DNA of 64,000 nucleotides from Adineta vaga (Eukaryota > Animalia > Rotifera). Below are positions 53,301 through 64,000 of the stretch, one piece after another. The stretch covers positions 7,626,001 through 7,690,000 of the forward strand of contig CP075497.1 in the NCBI GenBank assembly GCA_021613535.1, read 5' to 3'. The notes under the pieces were generated by a model. The model was not told the DNA's origin and did no database searches. It was given only the letters and a program-made list of their open reading frames with translations. The first letter of the stretch is position 1. Every line of letters starts with the position of its first letter. Made by a program: the position numbers and the translations under genes.

Positions 53301-56254
53301 ATGAACACATTGATTGGGCTTCTAGATAATATATTGAAAACAAAGTTAACCTCTGAAAACCCTTTAGTTTTTAATTTACAATTTCACTGTTTATTTTATT
53401 TCTTTTCTTCTTCTTCTATCATTAGTGGTTGATCCATGCTCGCGTTTCGAGTGTTATGGTGGTACTTGTACAAATGATCGAGGTGTAGCTCGCTGTGTCT
53501 GTCCAGCAGGACGTGCTGGCAACCGTTGTCAAGGTTAATTGAATTAATCCAATTTAGAACAATATCTGAATGATTATTGTTTTTATTTGAAAGATGATAT
53601 TTGTACACTGTATCCCTGTGCCCATAGTGGACAATGTATTCCAGAAGGTGCTAGTCGACGATGTATTTGTTCAACACCATACTATGGCGATGATTGTCGA
53701 GAAGGTATGAATGAAATTATTGAAATTGAAGACAATCATTGATTATATTATGAATTTGTTTAGTACATCGACCCAATCCATGCGATAATGTCTATTGTGG
53801 TTATGGACAATGTCTTGAAGGATATTGTGAATGTCATGGAGGTTATTCCGGCGCACGTTGTGATATTGCACGTAAGTTTCATCTTTAATTTCATTTCATA
53901 TAGGAAGTAAAATTCGATTTTAGCTGATCTATGTGCTGGTGTTAATTGTAATCAAGGCACATGTTATGAAGGTCGTTGTACATGTGCAGATGGTTATACA
54001 GGATCTTATTGCGAGACACAAAGTATGATTTGAAGAAAAAAAACCGAATATTCTTTGAAAACAAAAATAATACTCTAAATATTATGATATATAGTTACAA
54101 CACCAGCAACAATAGTTGCACAAACACCATCACGACCAGTCTTAACAGCTCAAACTGTTGGCCTTATTGGTGCAAGAAAAGGTCAATTGATCGATTACGG
54201 TCGACTATTAGGTGCTCGTGCTGGTCCCATTGGGTGGTTATTAGCCCCACTGGCAGCTCTGTTGTTAATTCCATTAGCACTCGCATTTGCAGGCGTAAAT
54301 GTACACACGGTGCCTGCTTACCAGGTGGAGGACGTTATGTTCCAGTTGCAGTCGGTACGATAGGTGAAATACGAATTCAAATGTTCTTTTTTAACTTGTC
54401 TTTTTCTCAGGTGGCGGAAATCGTATTACTCGTGATCTTCAATTAATCGATCAACGTGGTGATAATTTAGCAACGTCAGCAGGAGAAACAGAAACAACAA
54501 GAATTGAACAAACACGTGGTAAGTGATAGAGTGTAGATTGTATTAGAATAGAACATGTTTGAAAGTGATCCCATTACAGAAATCGTTAGAGAATACGGTG
54601 GTATGGAAGCCGTGGGTGGTGTTGTTACTAACTATCCAACCATATCATCACGTTATGGTGACTTTGCGCGAGAGAATCAGCAGCAGCAACAACAACAACA
54701 ACAACAAACATCATCAGGCTTCTCACAACGTAGGAATACGCATGAAATTGATCGTTACTTTTTTCTTGTTAATCCTATGCATGTTCTATTCGATACTTGT
54801 AAAATCTTATCAATCAAATTCTAATTTCTTTTTTCTAGAACATATCATCGAAACCGATTATCATCCACCACCGGTTGCAGATTTTGGTTATGGTCGCGGT
54901 GGTCTCACTGAAGGATATCGAGATACATTTGAATCATGGGAGTCAAATGGTGCTACTGGTGGTTATTCAATGAATGCAATGTTTGCTGATGGCGGCTTAC
55001 AAACTGATTATGAAATGAGTAATATTAATTCAGTTAGTATGACACCAAATGGAAAATATGCGATTGTTGGACAAAGTCAAGGACCACCACAAATATGGGA
55101 CGCTATCGTAAGAAAAAAAATAATATTGATATTCTATGATAGATAAAGATACAAATATTCGATTTTAGAATGGACAATTAGTTTCAAGTATGCAAGGAAC
55201 AAGTACAAATTGTAGTAAAGTAGGATTAGCATGCAGTGGTACACTTCTGGTCGGTTTAGCAAGCGATGGCATCGATTCACAAACAAGCATACTTCAAGTA
55301 AGTTGCTATAATGATTGCTTCATACAAATAATATTTTCTCGTATCTATAGATCTGGGATGTAAACACTGGAAAACCAGTCCAATTAACTCATCAAATTAA
55401 ATGCGCGACATTCACCTTAAGTAATAATTCAAGTAATCTTATTATGGCTGGTAATCAAAAATATGGACGTGGTATATCTGTTGGTATACTTGATTTAAAT
55501 AATTCCGAATTAACAAAAGAAATTAAATCAGATACAAATCAATCTTATGGTGGTACACCATCATTTGTTTTATTAACTTCAGATGAGCGATATGCCGTTG
55601 TTGCTTGTCCAAATGGATCAGCAACGAATTATGTTGTTTTTGATTTAACAACTCCTCATGAATTAGTTCAACCAGCAACAATTACTTTCGATTGTGAACC
55701 AAAATGTTCACTTGTTTTAAATAATGATCAAATGTTAACTGGCACTCGAAATGGACAAGTTATTGTTTGGGATATTCCATCATGTCAACGTATACAAACA
55801 TTAACAGATAATGGTCAAAATGCACATCGAGATCGAATAACAGACTTAAAAATTGCACCTGATCGTTCATGTTTTGTAACGACAAGTGCCGATGGAACAG
55901 GCAAAGTTTGGGATACAAATTCCAAAGAATTAATTTCAAGATTAATTGGACATAAACGAGAAGTAAGAAATATTTTCAATTCATATGTCTATTTAGTTTT
56001 TCAAACAAATCATTTGACTATTTTAGATAACGTGTGCATGTGTTTCAACAAATCAATTAGTTGCAACTGGTTCCAAAGATCAAAATATATGTTTATGGCG
56101 TATGCAAACTGGTCAAACAGCATCAACAATGCCTGTTGGTATGGCACCAATTGATATTCATATGGCTGCGCATAATCGAACAATTGTTGCGATTGGCGAT
56201 AAAGATGGTGAAAGACAATTATTAATGCTACGTGTCGTCTCTATACAACGATAA
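50361..56254 (+). CDS. Type I membrane protein: signal peptide, 9 EGF repeats, TM, cytoplasmic linker, WD40 repeats; apparent 1-nt frameshift at ~54292
   Basis: MKFFASLLLIITITEA; EGF exons 50582-54021; TM IGWLLAPLAALLLIPLALAFA; phase-compatible exons continue into WD40 repeats (QIWDAINGQLV, IWDVNTGK, TGTRNGQVIVWD, AHRDRITDL..TTSADGTGKVWD, GHKREITC..TGSKDQNICLWR). Confidence 0.82.
52911..53020 (+). pseudogene. Decayed EGF pseudo-exon inside an intron
   Basis: After an acceptor ttag: DTCHNITCNYEQCLLNQHDQTF, frame break, TCECLRYYEDVQC. All 6 Cys are kept but the conserved Gly residues are lost and there is no clear donor. Confidence 0.6.
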
Positions 56255-57071
56255 AGTTTTGCTGAATAATATTCTTCTTTGTTTTTTATGATTATTTTCT
56301 TGCATGTTTATTTGCACAAGTATTCGAACAAGATTCCTGTTTCTTTTCTCGTTTTGTATTGGTGCTGCTCTTGCTATTTCTTACTATAATTTTAATCTTA
56401 TCCCTGATCTTTTGGCCATCATCGCTTCTGAACAGTTATTGTTTATTTTCTTTTTTCTCGAACATCCTTTTCTTTCTTTCTTCTCTTTTTCTACATGTTT
56501 CTTTACTCTGTTAGTCACAGTTCGTATGCATGTTGTGTTTTGCTCTGTTAGCAATAATGTAAAATATCATCCCACCTATATTTCCTTGATAACAAAAGAA
56601 GAAAAGAAAATGATCTGAACTTTTCATCATTTATCCTTTTGATTTTTTTTAGGTAATTCTTCTTAAAGTCTTCCTTTGACAAAAAAAACACATTATCATT
56701 CGTTTTGTCTTCAGTGTGTGAAGTTTGTTTGTTTTTTAAACTTTGTTCATGAAATTTCCTTTTTTTATTTATTTTTTTTTCTTTTTCTTTTTTTCTATAC
56801 ATCATTATATGAAATAGAAAAAGATTTTTCTTTCATTTCAATGTTAATATAACAACTATTACTTCAGTTCGATTAGCAAGACAAACGAACAAATAATAAA
56901 CATTTCAAATGAATTGAATATGAGAAAGATATTCTCTATTTAGGCAAAAAACAAAACATACAGTTTTGCTCATATGTCATATAAATATGTTTATTGTTGA
57001 GATTTTCAGTTCATCGATTATAAAAAATAAAAGAGGTTAAAATAAGAACTGTTTCGGTTAAGATATGAAGA

Positions 57072-58479
<1,408 letters not shown>

Positions 58480-59109
58480 TCTCAATCTAAAACAAAGAAC
58501 AAATATCAATTATAAATAACCTTCCGAGTTACTTCCATAGAAATTAGAAATAACTAATATGTTTATGGGTGTTATTCTAAATACATTAAAAATCGAGAAT
58601 CAACCTTGGGATAATCATTATTTTGATCACCTTGAAAATACCTTTGTTTGTGCGGTTTACAACGTATTACTATAATTGCGTGCCCTTCGAACTATCAGTT
58701 CAGACTACGAGAGACCATTATGAAAAAACGAATATATGATCACGTAATATCTGATAAACAGAATTTATCACATACATTTCGTATATGTATTTGCAGGCGG
58801 TACTTTTTTTTTGTTTACTAAAACTCGATACGAATTCTGACTAGTGTGTTTAGTTCGTATTCAAATGTGAATGTAAATACTAAATATATAACTATAATAT
58901 AAAAATGTATGAATGAAGTAAATAACATAATTGATTGGTTTGATATTTATAATTTTGTAATAGATGTCACTGTTCATCATTCATTTTCATTGGTTGGGAA
59001 AAATTGATTTTCTTTTCAATTAATTTAGAAATCATTCTGATTGTGATTCTGATTTTGACAAACAAGTGTGAATATCGTTATAAAGTTTTTATTCAACTTT
59101 CTAGATAAA

Positions 59110-59898
59110 ATGAGTAATCCCACATCGACTGACGAACAAAATCGTTTACCCAAAGATGGACTTGTTGTTCAAACAATGTTACAAGAAATGGGTATCACAA
59201 ATTACGAACCAAAATTAATTCCAATGGTGCTCGATTTTATGCATCGTTCGTAGAAAAAAAAACTCAATCATATCTTCTCTATAGTTTACTACTTTTTAGA
59301 ATATACAACTGATGTTTTAGAAGAAGCAAAACTCTATTCAATTCATGCAGGAAGAAAACAAGTTGAACTTGAAGATATTAAATTAGCTTGTCAAAATTGG
59401 GCTGAAGAACATTCCACAATGCCAGCCAAAGATGTAAAAGAAAAGATCATTCAATCTATTCTATTTCAATATTGAATGTATATTGTTGTTTCTGTTTTCT
59501 ATAGACGATTACTGAATTAGCAAAAGCAAAAAATCGAAATCAACTACCACCGATTAGAAATTTTTCTGGTCCACGTTTACCAGCCGATCGATTTTGTTTA
59601 TTAGCACCAAATTATAAATTAAAAGAAACATCCAATGAACATTCAACGAGTCAAGTAGGATTTTCATAGTTCTCATGAAAACATATTCATTTTTCACTTT
59701 CAGTCAACACAACAATATGGTACATCTAATGCACCACCACCACCACCAACATTTATTACTGATCATTATAACCCATTAACAGGAACAATCACAACGACAA
59801 CAGCTAGTGGAAGTTTTGCTTCCAATGATTTATTTTCATCAACAAATAAAAGAAAAATGACTGACTCTGATGATGAAGATGATAATTATGATATGTAG
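59110..59898 (+). CDS. TAF9: TFIID subunit 9
   Basis: LPKDGLVVQTMLQEMGITNYEPKLIPMVLDFMHQYTTDVLEEAKLYSIHAGRK, ELAKAKNRNQLPPI..GPRLPADRFCLLAPNYKL, acidic end KRKMTDSDDEDDNYDM*. Confidence 0.95.
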
Positions 59899-60654
59899 AG
59901 AATAAAGTTTCTTTGCTTGTATATTTATTTGAATAAAACAATAGAAATGTAATTCCAGAGAATAAATATTGACAATATTCAAGAATATTAAACTGGCAAA
60001 AAATCGGATATACTATTCAAGATTTCATTGAATTGAATAAAACTCAATCTTAACTAAGATTTCCTGATCAATTTGAGTCATCCAATCGATAGTTTTCTCA
60101 AAAAAGAAACTTTATTCACATATTTCATCTCATGATCTAAATAAAATACCATTTAAAAATTTATAATTTGTTCAAAAAAAAACATCAAATCTTTCGATTG
60201 TCTTATTCTGTAATAAGGTAGAGAATCAAATTTGATTAATATCTATATTAACGTTAAAATAGCGCATACATTCAATAAAGATATTGTTTCTATTCAGATC
60301 TAATTTGATTTGATGTGTTGTTTGAAGACAAAAGAAAGTTTTATTGTTAATCAAATAATTGTTCAAGCAATACTACTATAAGCGTTCAGACTAATACTCA
60401 ATAGATTACAATTGAAATCGAATAATTCAATTTAGTATTGATGTTCTTCTTTTTATTTGTTAATATGTTAAAAGAAAAAGAAAACTGCTTATTGGATGAT
60501 GTTTTATTTATATCAAGGAAAAAGAAGAAAACATAGTTCAATAAGTCTCATGTATATAAAAAAAACATAGCATAACAAAAAAGAGTCGAGATAAAGAAAA
60601 AGAGAAATAGTCGATAATTTCCCAACAGAATCTACGATAACTTCTCTGATATTA

Positions 60655-61161
60655 TTATTTATTATTGTTTGAAAGTGAACGAAGCCAGTCGTATGTTTCT
60701 AAACAAATGTCAAACATATCTTGTGCTATACGCTTATTACAATAAAGTCTTTCATCACTGGTGAATAAATCAATTAATATAACATTTCTTTCCCATAGAA
60801 GCAATAAGCCTTTTGGTGGTGCATAGAAACCTTCTTGTTCACGAAGATAAGATATAGTCGATGTATATGAACTGAAACATTTTGCATTCTTACTAGCATA
60901 TATTGCACAAGTTTGTAAACCACGAATTAATAGAAACATCGCCCGACGAGCAATATTTGTTGTTTGTTTAATAATTTTCAAACTTTCTTCTTCGTTGTCA
61001 TCAATAATCGATTTATCACATTCTTCGTGATATATTGTAGATTGACCATCACGTCGTTCTATACCAATATCACAAGCCAAAGATTGTAATTCATCAATAC
61101 CATGTAAAAGTGTACGAAAAGTTTGTTCATCTGTAAGACATGATGTTTGATCTTCACTCAT
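60655..61161 (-). CDS. Intronless 168-aa hypothetical protein
   Basis: Uninterrupted ATG-initiated ORF with balanced globular composition in AT-rich flanks. No family recognised. Confidence 0.65.
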   Translation of the reverse strand: MSEDQTSCLTDEQTFRTLLHGIDELQSLACDIGIERRDGQSTIYHEECDKSIIDDNEEESLKIIKQTTNIARRAMFLLIRGLQTCAIYASKNAKCFSSYTSTISYLREQEGFYAPPKGLLLLWERNVILIDLFTSDERLYCNKRIAQDMFDICLETYDWLRSLSNNNK

Positions 61162-63135
61162 CTTTTATATGACTTATTCGTCTATTCTTTTGTATTATTA
61201 AAACTAAAAAAAATAAGTTACGCATGATCGCCCAACCATATTCGTCATCTCTCATATTAAGTTTCTTCTATAATAAGAGAATAAGAAACGAACAGATGTC
61301 GACAGTGAGAAGTTATTCTGGAAAATCGAATTCTTTCATAGAAAATTCTTATTTCTCACTCTCGCTCGTTCTTGATCGTTTATTTTCGTGGTGTTTATTA
61401 ATAAATAACTTTTCCCATATGCACATCAATAGAAAATGACAGTTTCCATTCGTGTATGGGCACATGCACGAGTTTGTTATAGACAAGCGAACATCAATTT
61501 GTCATACTTGTTTCGATACTCCATCTTCGTAATTGGACACGTTTCTATTTCCGAGCAAGAAAAAACTATTGTATACAATTATTATCGAAAGCTATGTTTA
61601 AACATAATCATTGTCATTGTCATCATCGGTCTTTCTTATTGTTCTTTACTTCTGGACAACACATACAATGGACAAAAACGCAATTTAAATATCTGTAGAA
61701 ATCAAAGAACAATTGTCCATCTTGTTCAAGAAGCATCTCCTCAGTATTGAATTGTTCCACATTATATATTCTTATGTGATTAACAATCGTTAATATTCTA
61801 TTTCAATTCATTCAACTATACCATCGACGATCGAACTATCCTCGTTGACAATCCACGTTCAGTGATTTTCCATTACGGACATGTATGTATATTTGATCGT
61901 TTGTTTTCATCGCTTTTAGAAACGTGCGACAATATAAGAAGGTAATAATCATTGATTAGAAGAAAAATTCTATTATACAATCGTTTATATGAAATCTAAT
62001 AACACTAAAGATAAAATAACCGACATAGTGTCTATTCAACAATCAAGGTCACATGAGAAATATACAGGTTTTGTTTCTTTACCTATAGTTCTCGATGTGC
62101 GTGTCGAACAATAATATTATATATATATATATATATGAGTGTGTGTTTGCTCGTTTTTCATTTACAGAATAATTCAGTCCGTTTGTCAAATCTCTTGGGA
62201 AAGGTGCAAATATCCCATCAATAAAGAAAGTCAATCGCAGCACTAAAAAATGATAGAATTCTCTTTTAATACACAATAGGAAGAAAAGGAATAAGAAAAA
62301 AAATTAGAAACGAACGAACAAATGAACGAACGATAGATAAGCCATTACAGGGAACAACTTCTTTAAACGTTTTGTCTGCTCCTCTGGCTCTCTGGCGCTC
62401 TCTCTCTCCACATCTTTCTTCTTCTATGAATGAATTGATGACTATTCTCGAGAAGAATAGTGTTTGATGAGGGCGAACAACAGAAATGTCTATTAGAAAA
62501 GAAAAAAATAGGGGGGGGGGGAGAAGGGAGAGAGACAGAGACAAAGTCCACGATGCTTGTCTCTTGATAAATGATCATCATTACAGGCACATAAGCTAAA
62601 AGAAAGCAAGTATTGTATTCACTATTCGTTTATTGTATATGATGTTTTCCAATGAGAAAAAGAAAATAAGAACTTGACCACTTTCATCTGCAAAGATCGA
62701 ATGAGTGCGTGAAGAAAAACATTTGTAAAAAGATGGAGAAATATATCTGACATTACTGACAAATCTTCTCTTCCCTCGAATTAGATGGATAGATCTGTCA
62801 AGCGCGTCTATCGTCTTTTGCCACATGAGAATCTACCATGAAGCGAATGAAGATTAATACTATCAGTATTTATAAATATATATAAATACATACTGAAAAA
62901 AACTAATAGACAAAAATATTTTCCCTTTTTTGCCTTTCTCTCTCTCTCTCCTTCTCTTTCTCTCTCGCTTTCTTTTTCTCTGTCTATAGACTTCTATTGA
63001 GTAACGAGTACGTATTACAGATCAGGTAAATACAAAAATAATATGAAGAGAAAAGAAAAAATACAAACATTTGATTTAATTGCTGAGATAGATTTATCTA
63101 TTCTAGACAATTTCTTTTCCTCTATTGTTATATGT

Positions 63136-64000
63136 ATGATCGAAGATCTTTCATACTTATATTTTAACGATTCGGTCATAATTCATAATTTGACCAATTA
63201 TGGTGTTCAAGAATCATCCGTGGCTATCTTTCCACCAACAGATTCAATTGATTCTTCACATCCTTATCCAGTACAATTTAACATAATACTTGCTATTATG
63301 GGTACATTTATTTCATTACTAACTGTATGTGGAAATGTACTTGTACTTCTATCATTTTTTGTCGATCGACAAATACGTCAACCAACAAATTATTTCATAT
63401 TTTCGTTGGCTGTAAGTGATTTTCTCATTGGATTTGTTTCGATGCCATTTTTAACATTAGCAATATATAAGAATAAATGGGTGCTCGGATCATTCTTATG
63501 CGATATCTGGTTATCATTAGATTATACTATCTGTTTAGCGTCCATTTATACAGTACTTTTAATTACCGTTGATCGTTTTTGTTCAGTTAAAATTCCTGCA
63601 AAATATCGTAATTGGAGAACAGAAAAACGAATTATTTCTCTGGTGCTTTTAACATGGCTTGTTCCTGCAGTTATTTTCTTTGCTTCAACTATGGGTTATC
63701 CATTATTTAGTAAGAGACCAAATCTAAGTAAAATTGATCTACAATGCGAGTAAGAAACGAAAAATGAAAGAAACGAAAAATAGAAATGAAATATTTCTTC
63801 TATTGTAGTGTACAATGGAATAAAAATCCTTATTTTAATCTTGGTTCGTTTATTTGCTGATGAAAATATCAAATTTTAAATCATGAAAATATTTCTTTTA
63901 GGTCTTACAATTGGCTATTTTTGGGTGACACTTTTAGTAATGTTTACACTTTACTTTTTTATCTATCAAGTTGCAAGTGCACTTGAAAAACGTTCACAAG
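63136..64000 (+). CDS. Muscarinic acetylcholine receptor, B-type/GAR-like (5' part, runs off the window)
   Basis: GNVLVLLSFFVDRQIRQPTNYFIFSLAVSD, CDIWLSLDYTICLASIYTVLLITVDRFCSVKIPAKYRNWRT. Further exons at ~63809-63843 and 63902-64000 encode TM5 (TIGYFWVTL). Confidence 0.9.

Noticed and set aside
61224-62826. Short ORFs upstream of the muscarinic receptor
   Set aside because: Low complexity or no coding signal; probably promoter, 5' UTR or intron sequence.

Overview
AT-rich (roughly 30% GC by eye), gene-dense animal genomic DNA with very many ~50-65 nt GT-AG introns. This intron pattern plus intron-bearing genes of bacterial/fungal type points to a bdelloid rotifer (inference, not proven). 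Genes in order: 3' end of a delta-catenin gene, DRC7, TMEM79-like, FAM234-like, two tandem secreted intradiol ring-cleavage dioxygenases (HGT candidates with gene-conversion-like patches), an EGF/chitin-binding secreted protein, an unknown hydrophilic protein, a JHY-like gene, a bacterial-type fRMsr/MsrC (HGT candidate, 2 introns), a collagen-C1q protein, RIM/unc-10, an SLC45 transporter (hosting a nested antisense gene and a 3-nt microexon), a small hydrophilic ORF, a laminin-G exon block followed by an EGF-TM-WD40 exon block, GDP-fucose synthase, TAF9, an orphan ORF, and the 5' part of a B-type muscarinic receptor. The strongest candidate for an undescribed system is 44575-56254: an apparent single-pass receptor with 9 EGF repeats outside and a WD40 propeller inside, with splice-phase evidence for a longer isoform adding 5 LamG domains (alpha/beta-neurexin-like dual promoters). 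Several isolated 1-nt deletions in otherwise intact genes look like assembly errors. All gene models were spliced by hand and no searches were run.
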